Source: Selaginella moellendorffii (taxonomy: Eukaryota > Plantae > Lycopodiophyta). Taken from it: a stretch of 64,000 bases of DNA. Below are positions 52,039 through 64,000 of this stretch, one piece after another. Both the position numbers and the translations under genes were made by a program. Where the stretch lies: assembly GCF_000143415.4 (NCBI RefSeq), contig NW_003314262.1, positions 5,886,471 to 5,950,470 on the forward strand, read 5' to 3'. The notes below the pieces were generated by a model, which saw only the letters and a program-made list of their open reading frames with translations, was not told where the DNA came from and ran no database searches. Every line of letters starts with the position of its first letter. Position 1 is the stretch's first letter.

Positions 52039-52764
52039 CGCTCATCAAACCCTAAAAATCCCCAGTCACGGCCAGGAATCGAACCCCGCACCCCTCGTAC
52101 CCGTTAACCCCTTGATTTTATGAAACTGGTAGGACACGTGGCGGGCGGGAAGGCGACAAGGAAGAAAAGTGGTTTATCAAAGCCACAGTGAAGTACATGC
52201 TTTTCGCAGGGCCACATTAAAGAGAGGAAAGCACTGATTTTCTTGGCGCCGGGCGATCTTTGCATGAATGGAATGAAACAACTGACACTCCTAGGTACGA
52301 GTGGGAAAGAGAAATTTAGGGCTGGATCGATCCGCTAGCGTGAAAGGGGTGGGCAATCCTGGGAATTTTCTGGGAATCGCTGGCGCAGGCCAGGGGAATC
52401 TTCGCAGTATCTCAGTGGGCGCGCTGCGATCGATCAGCAAAGTCTGCGGGAGGAGATTGCGCTTATCAATCACGGGCATCGTTAGGTCAGCGCGCAGAGT
52501 TCCTCTCCTTTTTCCTTCATTATCCCGCTCGACCAAACTCTCTGGGTATTGGGGCGGCTTTTTTCTTCCATCTTTACAGCCCATCGATCGATCGATGTGT
52601 CTCTTTCCTCACATTCTTACTGGGGTGGAGGCAGAGGAATTTCTTACCCAAAGCAAGCGATAAAAGAGTCATTCAATTCTTTCTTCATTCCTCCATTCTT
52701 CGCTCTAGTTCTTAAAGTTCTCTCTTTTTTTTCGTTCTCTCGATCGCCCAGAGCCCAATTCAAG

Positions 52765-53967
52765 ATGGATTGGAACTCGGCATTCAAGGACCTTGATGGC
52801 GTTGATCTCATCCCAGGGCTGCCCGATCATTTGGTGATACAGCGCGTCCTCTCTCGGATCTCCTGGTGGGATTTCTCCTCGGCGATCAGGGTTAGCAGAG
52901 GATGGCTCGCAGCGATCCAGGAAACCGCCAAGAACGCCACTGCCTCTCTCGATCGCCGCCCCCGGCTGCTGGGCTGCATTCATCCGGCCTCTTCCAAGCG
53001 ACCCAAGCGCGATCAACAATCCCGCGGCTATCCATTCTTCGCGATCTCCATCCAGGCGCCGGGGCACTCCAGCGGCTGGGAGATTCTTCCGTCAATCCCG
53101 GGGCTCTCTTGCGGCGCGCCACTCTCCGGGCGATGCGTGTGCGTGGATTCCAAGCTCTTCGTGCTCGGCGGCCGCGATCCTCGCAGCTGGGAGTTTCTTC
53201 CGGACGTGTTTGTACTGGATTTGACCCGAGGATGTGGTCGACGAACCTGGCAAAGATGCGCGCCAATGGCAACTCCCCGGTCGGCATTCGCGTGTATCGC
53301 GGTCGGGGGGAAGATCGTGGTTGCCGGTGGACAGGGCGACGAGGTTCTCACACTCGCGAGCGCTGAGATTTACGATGTTTGCGCCAATCGCTGGGAACCT
53401 CTCCCAGATCTAAACGTCCCAAGAACAGAGTGCAATGGGGGCGTGATTGGCGGGCGGATTTGCGTCGTGGGTGGATACAGCAGCGTCGAGAAATCGTGCG
53501 AGCTTGACGACGATCAATCTACCTTTTGGGTCAGCTCCGCCGACGCGATATCGATTGGAGCCAAGAGCTGGGAGACGATCGAGGATTTCCAGACGCCGGG
53601 GATTCTTCCTGGATATTCTTGGGAGATCCAGTCCGGGATCTTGCAGTCGGTGCATAGATCGGTGCTAGGGGGGCTCCTGAATCGATGCTCGAGCAATCAG
53701 TGGAGGACGATCGATGGCAAAATTGCGTGCTCCGACCGTCCGGGCGAGGATGGGAATGCCACGGCGGAGCTCATGGTATTGGCGGCTGCGTGTGGGAAGG
53801 ATCAGGTGTACGCGTGCTCGTGCTCGTTGGATCCTTTGAATCCCTCCGGGAGGGTCAAAGTTCTCTTGTGTCGAGCTGCGAGTGGAGGTGAGCTTGTCAA
53901 ATGGGACAGGGTCGAGTGCCCGTTTGAGCTTGCACAATATGGGGCGTCATGTTTCCTCATTCATTAG
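52765..53967 (+). CDS. F-box/kelch-repeat protein, single exon
   Basis: F-box LIPGLPDHLVIQRVLSRI; kelch repeats KLFVLGG, WQRCAPMATPRSAFAC..GGKIVVAGG, SAEIYDVCANRWEPLPDLNVPR, GRICVVGG. Confidence 0.92.
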   Translation: MDWNSAFKDLDGVDLIPGLPDHLVIQRVLSRISWWDFSSAIRVSRGWLAAIQETAKNATASLDRRPRLLGCIHPASSKRPKRDQQSRGYPFFAISIQAPGHSSGWEILPSIPGLSCGAPLSGRCVCVDSKLFVLGGRDPRSWEFLPDVFVLDLTRGCGRRTWQRCAPMATPRSAFACIAVGGKIVVAGGQGDEVLTLASAEIYDVCANRWEPLPDLNVPRTECNGGVIGGRICVVGGYSSVEKSCELDDDQSTFWVSSADAISIGAKSWETIEDFQTPGILPGYSWEIQSGILQSVHRSVLGGLLNRCSSNQWRTIDGKIACSDRPGEDGNATAELMVLAAACGKDQVYACSCSLDPLNPSGRVKVLLCRAASGGELVKWDRVECPFELAQYGASCFLIH

Positions 53968-55356
53968 ATTCACATTATTTTAGTGATTACTTATTTCTTT
54001 AATATGATTTTCAATTCTACTTTTGGTCCAATCATTCGTTTATTTTGAGTTAAATAGAAAAAGATCATAATGCTTATACAAAGGTAAAGTTTATGTCTTA
54101 AATGATAAAATTAATATAAATATATAAATAAGATTCTGATGGAACTGCTAATGACATTATAATAAGATAATTAGAAAACTTGGTTCTCAGCCTACCAATT
54201 GTTTTATGCTCATGCAACTCTTTCAATTGCTAGTACTTCCTAAGCTTGAATTGACTCACAGTTGAAAAGATTTACTTCTTCTTATCAACATCCCAATAAG
54301 GCTACAAGAGGCAAGATTATAGGCTTGTTTAGATTAACTATTAGGATTAAAAATAAATCACTCCCATAATAGATGCTAGCTTGGGAATGTAATTGAAATT
54401 CAATATTTAGAGATCTTTATTAAACACTAGTGCTAGACTTCCCACTGCAATGAGGCAAACAAATCATCTATCAAATGGCATCCCCTTCAACATCTTACCA
54501 AGGAAAGTGCTTATCATTTAAATCATTTAGACTCTCTAGAGAATGAGAATGATTTCAGAAACTGATTTCAGGACTTAGTTTCTGAGTTTTATTAATATAA
54601 AATGCTTTTGATTCAATATAAAAGTTCAATTACATCTGAAACAATCTAGAGTAAGAGTAATTTAAAACTCATTAAAGAAGCTCCAATTCCAGAGCAATGG
54701 ATTAATTTAACAAAGTAGATATGGAATTCAAACTATGATAGTATGTTTTTGGGGGAGGTACATCTTCCAAGAGTGAAGTCCTACATAGAGTGGGTGATGT
54801 GGCATACAATTCAATTATATTAAAAGATAAATCCATTTAATATATATATGTGTTTGAATTATTTAAACACATGTGTGACTTACAAAATAATCTTTAGACA
54901 CTACTTTCTTTTCAGAACATGCATGCCAACTTTGCATGGTTTTGTATACATTAGCACCACATATGAATTCTTTATATGCCATTATGTAGTAATCCACATC
55001 AACTTATATTAGTAAGGTTTAGGCTTTGATGTTTTTATTAAATAAGGGTTATGAAAACCATAAGAATTCATCAATGATGTTGTGATCTCTTGCAGCAAAA
55101 ATTTGGTGTTGTCAAAAATGATGTCATCGAACTCATCATCCATCATCTTTAACTAGTCAAGAATATTTGAAGGAATATTTCATGACAGTTACAGAATGTT
55201 TTAGAACTTGGATAATAAATTAAAAGTTAGTTTGGATAGAAACTAATTAGTAACCAAAAATAGTTATGGCATGAGTATATGAGGGTATAGGTCAAGGGTC
55301 AAGTTACAATGCTTATATAGTTGGGTGGTGAGTATGTACACTAGAGTAGGTTATAT

Positions 55357-55990
55357 TGGTATCAAAGTCATATACTTTTCTATCTTTTGTGCTAGAATGG
55401 TTCATATTCCTATCACTGCTTTTAAAATGTCTTGCCTAGAAGTGATTAATGGATTCAATAAAAAGGTCCAAAAGGATTTGTGTTTAGATATGGAGATGGG
55501 TACAACCCATGAGAAGCATGTGAACATGGAGATTAATTTGGTGGTTGAAGGGGTTCATCCAAATGCTTTGATCAAGATGATGATCAATAGTCAAGAAGAC
55601 AATTTGGATGGGCAAGAGAATAACTCCTAAACTAATGACAATCTGACTAAGGAATTTGATAATGTGATATCGGCCTCAGCTTTTCTGAAAAAATAGTAGC
55701 TATCTATGTTCAACAAATTCATGGAGTTGACAAGCTTTTTGAAAAGATGCAAATTCTAGTATTTATTGATGAAGTGATTAGTTAGTTGGATAAGGTGGAG
55801 GAGTATTTCATGGGTGAGGAATTCAAGTTTCAAATTATTTTCAATGCCATATACCACTTTAAAGGGAAAGCAGAGAAGTGGTGGTATTAAGTGAAAATTG
55901 TATACAAAACTCAACAATTGTTGGAACTCACATCCTTTAAAGACTTTAAGAAGGTGTTTTTGAAAGAATATGCTCCCAAACATAGTTAAC
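55357..55990 (+). mobile_element. Degenerate LTR-retrotransposon PBS and gag remnant
   Basis: PBS-like TGGTATCAAAG at 55357. Translation near 55830-55980, AIYHFKGKAEKWWY*...SFKDFKKVFLKEYAP, fits the retrotransposon gag pattern (G.A..WW ... FK..F...Y.P). Confidence 0.6.
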
Positions 55991-57605
55991 ACTACAAAGT
56001 GATGCACCCAATCAAGAAAGTTGAATCGTCCCCCAAATGCTCTAAGAAAATCTCATAACCAAAATAAATGGTCGTAAACATCACAAAATCCAAAAATAAA
56101 ATTCCAACAAACGTAAAAATGATATCGTCAAAAGAAACTAGTGTTGTGCTTTTCTATTGAGAACTCTTGTTATGATGAATGCAACCACTTGGAAAGTGGT
56201 TCAATGTTGGCCTAAAAAATTAGATTGTCTTTCTCATGCAAAAGATTTGCAAAAACCAAGTGCAAGATAGGAGAAAAACTCTCATGAACAATGATCATGC
56301 TCAAACAAGGATGAAACCTAGAGGAAAAACAGAAAAATCTCATGGGATTAGGCACTAAACAAGATGATTTAACTTGAGAATGATAGATCACAAAAAGATC
56401 TATAATCCTAATGCAAGAAATTATAAAAAAGGCAACAACTTTGTGTGCTAAAGAGCATGCAACTTTGTTTGTCACACAATGCCAAATAAAATAATTTGGA
56501 TTTGGCTCAAAACTTCATGAAAATATTGAGGTTATAACATAAAAGAAAGAGTAAAATAAGACGCACATGATGCAAAAAATGGTAGTGAAAATCGACTTTA
56601 GATGTTTAAGAAATTGATACTCAAAAATTGCCATAATATAGGGAAGAAAGAAACTAAAGCGTGATTTACAAGAAATGATGGAAATGAACAAATTAGGATA
56701 ATGGGCAGTTTTATCTATGTCTTAAAACCACTCAAAAGAAAAATCTTACAAAGATGAACAAAATGGAGAGAATTCACACTGTGCAAAACTTTCATACCAA
56801 ATTGTGTTTGTGTGCTGAAAGAAAAATGCATGCATGTTATGGCTCCCAGTGAATCGACTTCCAAAAAACCATTCCTTGGATAGCTCTTAGCAAAATCGAG
56901 GAGCCCATATAACAAATTGGTACAATCTCTCCCTAGGATTTGAGCTTAGAATGAAAAAATATGTGTGTAGAAAGAGGAATGAAAACTGCAAGAATAAAAT
57001 TGCAAAAACTCTTGCATCCCTCCCCCAAATCATAAGCATTTATATTCATTGGAAACAGGAGCTTGAGATTTACACACCTAAAGAAAGAGTGCTTCAAATG
57101 GATCAAAGACAAGGGAGAAAATCCGATTGGCAACTTGCGTTGCGCGTTATAGCTAAAAGAAGATGAAATCTCGCTTCCACACTCAAAGATCTCTCTATAG
57201 GGGTGAATTCTATTGTGCCTAACCTATCCCTCTCTATAATCTTCACTTCAAATCTCATAAATCCTCTCCATTAGTCAAGAAATGTTCCAAAAAGGAAGAA
57301 AGTACGTGTCACGCTAAGTTCACCATATGAGGTGTGGCACCTCGACTCTTTTCCTCTTTATGGCTCTATTTATGTCTTAAGCTCTCTCTGTATATGCTCT
57401 AGCTTATGACACAAAATGTAGAACTTTTGATATTTCACCTTTATAGAACTTTTATACAACCATTTAGAATATTCCCTCTCTTTCTCAATATGCCCTAGCT
57501 GCAACTAGGGTGTAGGAGTAGGAGTAAGAGCAATAGGAGTAAATGGCTATACCTGTAATAATATTTGATACCAAAAAATATACAACCAATAAGTTTTGAA
57601 GACTA

Positions 57606-57701
57606 TATATAGTAGAGAGAGAAACAATTTGATCCCAATAGTTTTTCTCTAATAAACAGAGAAACCATTTGGATCCAAATGGTGTCTCTCTCTACTCTAT
57701 A
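57606..57701. repeat. Foldback of about 96 bp (MITE-like or hairpin)
   Basis: Arms TATATAGTAGAGAGAGAAACAATTTG and CAAATGGTGTCTCTCTCTACTCTATA are near reverse complements. Confidence 0.65.
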
Positions 57702-58838
57702 GAGTTTTTTAAAAAAAATTCATTTGGGAAAATAAAAAAAACATAAGAAAGAAAATAAACACTAGAAAGCCATGTAATATATCAAATACTATATAAACAA
57801 GTAAAACAAAGAGGATGAAAATGTGATAGACCTCAAAGAAAAAAACCCATAAAATGTAATTCAGTACTGAATGGTTATAAAAAGATAAAAACTTATTTGA
57901 AAGCAAGTTGCTTGGAAATTAGATATATGAATCCTACATCTAAGCACCATTGCTGTCTACAGTTACTATTCTAAATACTTTAATCATGTATTAACTCTTG
58001 ATCTTTTTGAAGTATTCATGAACATTCTCAAGGTTTGATAATGTACAATCATTTAAGAAAAGATAGTTTAGAATACTTCATTTGATATAAACTCTAAAAT
58101 TTTAGCAATCCAAGCTTACTTCTAACACTAAAGACAAAAATTATTATCATCCTTGAGCACTCCCTAATTCTTTCATTGTTTTAACTCTTCCAAGAGGTTT
58201 ATTAACCATTTATTATGTGTCTCTAAGCTCAAAGATGATATAAATATGGAAGAGAGGTCATTTGCATAAGAACCGATATCTTCCACCTTCCCATTTTCAC
58301 AAGAAATGCACCATCAAGTCTTTAAAATGAAGATAAAACTTTGATGTTAGTTTACACAAGAACTAATGTTTCTATCTCTCCCTATTTCCTAAAATATAAA
58401 AATCTCACCCCTAGCAATAAAAAAACACTAGGAAAGTTTACCTCTAGAAAAAAAAAAGGTGGGGAAATGTTGGTTCACGCAAAAACCAATCTTTCCCACC
58501 CCTTTAACAAGGAAGAAAAAAAGAAACAATGTGGTGGAAATGGGTGAACAAAAAAAAAACAAAAAAAACTAGAAGATGTTAGTTTGTATGAGAATTGACA
58601 TCTCCATCCCTTTTATTGTTTAAGAGAAAACAAAAATCAAGAAAATAAACTCTAATGAAACAAAGAAGTTGAAGAGACATAAGTTCATAAATCTCTCATC
58701 CCACAAAAGCAAGCAAGCTACAAGCCACAAGCTATGAGTCATGAATTACTAGCGAGTTAGGAGCAATAGATGGGGACATGAAGAAGCAATATATATTGAT
58801 TGAGGAACGTCTTGAAACACATTACAAAATTAAAATGC

Positions 58839-58926
58839 TTTTCTTTTGCTCTTCCTTACTTAAATATGTCTTTCTCTTGCCCTTCCTTATTTAAATACAC
58901 CTTTCTCTCGCCCTTCCTTGCTCAAA
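58839..58926 (+). repeat. Three degenerate tandem units of about 31 bp
   Basis: TTTCT(T/C)T(T/C)GC(T/C)CTTCCTT(A/G).T.AAA repeated three times. Confidence 0.6.
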
Positions 58927-60171
58927 CCTTAGCCGTAAAACCCTAAAAATTAACAGTCATGATCAATGGTGCTTTCTAGATTCCAATTACTTTAATTTTG
59001 CAAATGGTAGGACATATTTATCAGAAAAATACACTATAAATAAAAATTTGACATGTTCTTTACAAGGATACAATCATTTAATTCTTTAGATATGTGTAAT
59101 TGATTGCAAAGGGAATAATATTGAAAAAACCATGCACAAACCAACCTCTTTAAGCTTAACTCTCACTTCAAACTATCTTGTAAAGAAGAGAGTATAGAGA
59201 TGAGAGGGAGAACAAGTTATCAATGCTATAACTTTCACGATTAATTAATGACAAAGGAGGAAAAGAAACTCTAAATTTAATTTCTTCATAACAAGACTCT
59301 AGATGATTTCCTTTATGATCCATGCCTCATACTCCTTTGAGTACTCTCTAGGATCCATTAATGTTTTTCATATAATCACCGAATATCATCTATCCATAAA
59401 AATCCTTACCATATGCTTCTTTAGAGGGATTTTATAGAATTGAGAATAAATCTTTTGGTAAAGGAATTGACAAAAATCCCACTAATTCTATAATCTTTTT
59501 CCATGCCATCATAAAGTTATTGTATCCAAAGCTGGTGGCTAGTAATGCACCAACTCTACATGCTTTGTGCTTTGAGAGAAAGAGAGAGGAAAAAAATTTC
59601 CACTAACTTATAATTTTTATATTTTACAAGAAAGTAGAACTCAAAGAAATATTATTACAAAACTAGAAGAGTAAATTTAACCTAGAATCACTCTACACTC
59701 CATACTTTAATGCTTTGTGTTGTGAAAGGTTTCTCTTTATATAGTCCTTAGATCATATTTTATATAACTTCTACATTTAAGTATACCTTCCAACCTTGTA
59801 AAGAGTTTTGTTATACATTCAACAATGGTCATTTAAATCTACCACCTTTAATACACCAATATTTTATCATATCAACAATAAAATATAACATTTCATTCTA
59901 TAAAGATGCTGGAAGATAAAGTTTGTGATAGAGTAAGGTAATAAAATGAATATAAGATATAAAAGGAGAGAATAGTTATGAAAGGATTTAGTTTAACTTA
60001 TTTTTTACTTTGATTTCAAATATTAGGTCATAGAGAAAAGATGATTATAGAATTGTAAAGTGGTAAATGTAGAGGTATAGGGGGATGGTTTTGTATATAT
60101 ATACCTTATATATACATATATTTCAACTTTGAGTATAATATTTTTGGTTGAAAACTTTCCCATCATATAAT

Positions 60172-61970
60172 TGTAAGATATAAATTTTTTATTTCTAATT
60201 TGCTAGCTTATTGTCTATCCAACCATTACTACCTTAGCCTCGTTAAGTTAAGTTAGTTAAGTTCCCTTGTCAAGGTTCTTGCTTATTGTATCAGCTCCTA
60301 TTTGGTCTTACTTGGTTTCAACTAATCACTACACAAGCAATGAAGTGTTAGCCATCCAACCCAAATTCTCTCCTAATCCCCCTCCTTGGGTTAGACTAGA
60401 CTTAAAGTTTGGCTACACTCCCTACAAGTACAAGTAGCCAAGCACATCAAGCCTCTAAGTTTTTAACCTCCTTTGGTATAACAAAACTTGATCATAAGAC
60501 CCTCTAAATCCCAAGCTTTGGATGCACTTCTTGCTTTAAGACTTAGGGGTGAGATATTGTAGTCTAACGGCCCAGTATGGATACCCTTACTCCCCCACTT
60601 CTGTCCCAAAGGGAAGGTCCAAGCCCCTAAGAAGGAGTGAGGACTAATAAGCCACATAGTATTCAAATGAAATACCATTCCACCTAATTCAAGAACATTA
60701 TAGTTGGTTTCCTTTTTGGAAGTGGGAGTTGCTCTTGAGCACCTCCTTGGGTGACCTCTTTAGCACCACTTGAGTCTATGCTCACTCCCACCTAAGGCCC
60801 CCAACCCTCAGTTCTAACTTCAAATTAATTTGGAAGCACAACTAAAAAGTTCTTTCAAAAGTGGTTTCTGGACCTCTTTATCCCTACTATACTTTTGGAA
60901 CTTCTTTTAGCCCCCCCCCCCTTATAAAAGACAATCACTTTGGGCTTTCACCCTATGATCTATATTAGTACTTAGACTCGGTCTCAAATTCGATCTCGAA
61001 CTTGGATTCAATCTCAGATTAGTCTCGGACTCAACCTCAGATTTAGTTATAGACTTTATCTTGTACTCAATCTTGGACTCAGTCTCAGACCCAATTTCAG
61101 ATCTTGGACTCAATCTCAAATTTCAAACTCACTCTCAAACTTGGTCTTAGACTTGGTCTTCTCAAACTCGGTCTTGAATTCGGTCTCATCCAATGAACTC
61201 TTTATCATTCTAGTCTTGATTTCAAGGATCCTTTAGTTTATGACACCTTAAGGAGTTAGTTCTCTACAACTCCACCACCCATAGAAAATGTTCGATGCCC
61301 ATATCAAACATTTTTATTTAATCCTACAACTTGTTGACCATGTCTCCAAGGGCATCCCCTCAATTAAATATGTTCTTAAATCAGCCTCCTCAACTAAGAG
61401 CCTATGATAATGAGATATAGGTGTCCTTATACCCCTCGCCTCACCTCACGCTAGTAGAGGGTTGGGACTTGAATCCAGCCTTGCTTTACTAAAGGGTTGG
61501 AACTCAAACTTAACCTCTGTAGAATATATTTATAGATTCGAGATCCCCTTGGGGAGTTGGGTGTAGTTCTCTACGCCTAGTTGACCTAGCTAAACCCATA
61601 TTAATTAGCTTACGTTTGGCATACCTTCTGATCCCAACATATGATATTGCTCCATCTCACAAAGAAGTACTTTAATTGTTCTTTACATAAGTATATAGAG
61701 TTCTATCTTGCAAAAATTCCTCAACTAGATCTCATGTGATCACCAGAAACTCAAAGCTTCCATACCTCATTTAACATGTTGTCTTCTCGACATCTTCCTC
61801 TATAATTTGGTAGTATTCTGATCTTAGGTCAATTCTCAAAAAGTATTTTGCATTTCCTAACCTAGGGTACTTGTTCTTTTTTATATACTTGTTGAACAAC
61901 TGATAATCTATACACATGTGCATAGAGCCATCTTTCTTTTTCATAAATAACATTAGCACCCATATAAATA
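60172..61970 (-). mobile_element. Ty3/gypsy remnant: RT fragment, PPT and 3' LTR (about 61268 to 60172)
   Basis: ORF 61771-61959 LFMKKKDGSMHMCIDYQLFNK..KNKYP...AKYFLRIDLRSEYYQI..EDVEKT is gypsy RT. Same PPT (TATGGGTGGTGGAGT|TGT) as the 23-29 kb element. LTR shares TGAAAGCCCAAAG and GAGACC/GAGTCC repeats and ends in CTTACA at about 60172 (end inferred). Confidence 0.75.
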
Positions 61971-61974
61971 CTTG

Positions 61975-62245
61975 TGTAAGTGATTAAATTTTCCATTCTA
62001 TTTTAGTCATTTAACCACACCTTTGAGCACTTAAGGGAGTCTCACTCACCACCTCCATAAGTCTCAATCTTGACTTGGGGACATACTAGCCCCGTGAATG
62101 GCATCTATACCACTCAGCCTTTATATTTGGCCCAAGTGTTCTATGTGTCTGATCCTATGACAAACACCCAAAGGTACCATTAACATATCATCCCATTATA
62201 ATAAGGTTATGTCCATTCACCTTTGTCTTATGGGTAGTCCAAGAC
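61975..62245 (-). mobile_element. Truncated LTR 3' end of the same family as 23305-28800, abutting the RT fragment
   Basis: Reverse complement (...GGTACCTTTGGGTGT...GACTTATGGAGGT...AATCACTTACA) aligns by eye to 24600-24870. Confidence 0.8.
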
Positions 62246-64000
62246 CACCCGTACTTTGGGCTTTCACCTAAACCTCCTTTAATACTGGGACTAACTCAAA
62301 ACTTACTAAATATGCAATAATGCTAAGTTACAAATTTGGATATAGAACCAATACCATTGTGTTCAAGCTAATGTCTCCATTTCATAGATATGCCAAATTA
62401 GCAAATTTAAACACTTTCCATAATTAGCCAATAGAACGAAATGAAACCACTACAAAGGGCATGATAATGAGGGTGTTTGGCAGATAGTAAGTTATTATTT
62501 AGCAAATATTGAGAGATCAATCTCAATATCATGGGGGTTCTTAATACTAGTAAATGCAAGCTAATGACATGAGTTTTTCAAACCAAATTGAGTATACTCA
62601 GCAAGAAACATATAAGGTTCCTACCTTATATTTATCTAATTTAACCGCAAAGTCATTGACTAGTTTCTCAATTAGCTCAAGTGGGAACGATAAAGGGAAC
62701 CAATTGTATTGACATTTTGCCATCATGGCAATAAAGAAAGAGTATTTGTAAGGATTAGCCGACAAGTATCTTTCAATACCTAAAATTATATTTGCAACAC
62801 ACAATCAATGAGAGTCACTTTAATATTATCATGAGTGCTTAACAATATAAAAGACTAAATCTATGTTAGCATTAAACTTAGCAAATTAAGTCATTCCCAA
62901 GATAATATTATAACAATGCAAATCCACTAAGTAATAAGTCTTTTTGAGAATGCCCTCCAATATTATATCCACCTCCACTGAAATATTCTAATGCTGTATG
63001 GTTGTCATAACATCATAAAATGAATAAAATGGAACCTTAGTCTTTGAAATCTAAGTTTCTATACTAATCCATTTGAAATACGCATATTTGTACTTCTAAA
63101 ATTTAACAAAACCATAATAGGATAATTTTTAATCCATCTATCAAGTTGAATTATATTACTAACATCTCTTTAAGTGTATTTAATAACCATAAAACTCATT
63201 TTTAGTGCAATACAAAAAATCTTCCGTTTGGCAGCTAGATTAAATCACGACATCAAAAGCTTGCTTTGTGAACTTCTCCCCTTTCATAGCTTGAAAAAAC
63301 TTTTGAAAACCACTAAAGGCATTATGATATTGTTTCTTATCATGCTTCTCCTAATTATTATTATCACAATGGTAAAAAGACTTTACTTGTTTGGCTAATG
63401 CAAGCACCTTTGAATATGTTTTATCCATTTGTAATCAACTATAACCTTACAAAGAAGACTATCATTTAGTCATCAAGGATATATAAAATCTTTTATGCCT
63501 CCACAAACATAGAAAAACTTTTTTTTACCTTACTTCAAATTTATTAACCATTATAATGCTTTATGCTTATTATAAGATTTGTGCAGATGTGTAAAGGAGT
63601 CATGGACTGTGAGTAATGCTATGCCTTCATATTCAAAGAGTATTTATTTAACCTCTATGGGATATTAGAGAATGTATAAATATCATGTGTAGATAGAGCC
63701 CACATTATTGGTCATGCTTTGTATGATTCAAGATACAATCATATTTTGTTGTGATATGGAAAAAACCATTATCATATTTTCTTGATATAAAGAAAAACCA
63801 ACCTCCTAGTCCCAAAAATCTACCTTTTTGTCCCCTAAGATAGGTTTGCTAGAGTAGAGTGACAATCACAAGTATATTTTTAAACCAAGTTCAATCTTGA
63901 CTGAGTATTTGTAGTGATCTGAACATTTTATGCCAATGACAACACCTTCACAATCATCTAAAAGATCAAATTTGGAAAGCACTAGTTTCCACTTTTAAAG

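Overview
Eukaryotic (land-plant) genomic DNA. The very compact gene spacing, introns of about 40-60 nt, plant-specific families (CYP78A, DUF1005, PMT methyltransferase, class III peroxidase, ERdj2) and a ciliary gene (CCDC13-like) point to a plant with flagellated sperm, most likely the lycophyte Selaginella (inference). Two GC-balanced gene-dense blocks (1-18.2 kb and 33-54 kb) alternate with two AT-rich, CpG-poor transposon islands (about 19.6-31 kb and 54-64 kb). Block 1: DCN1 (partial), plastid adenylate kinase, COG4, DUF1005, F-box, GCN2 kinase, aspartic protease, peroxidase. Block 2: CYP78A, AlkB dioxygenase, PMT methyltransferase, CCDC13-like, ERdj2/SEC63, MCM6, an orphan His/Tyr-rich gene, COX10, F-box/kelch. 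Island 1 holds a rearranged LRR pseudogene, an intact two-exon AT-rich secreted gene (unknown domain fused to a bulb-type lectin) and a complete non-autonomous LTR element with TG..CA LTRs, PBS, PPT and TSD. Island 2 holds nested Ty3/gypsy remnants and a foldback. Best leads: the lectin-fusion gene, the orphan gene sharing the E2F-containing MCM6 promoter, a minimal uORF overlapping the GCN2 start codon, and a spliced-looking noncoding unit antisense to the aspartic protease. Exon boundaries were read by hand and are approximate unless stated.
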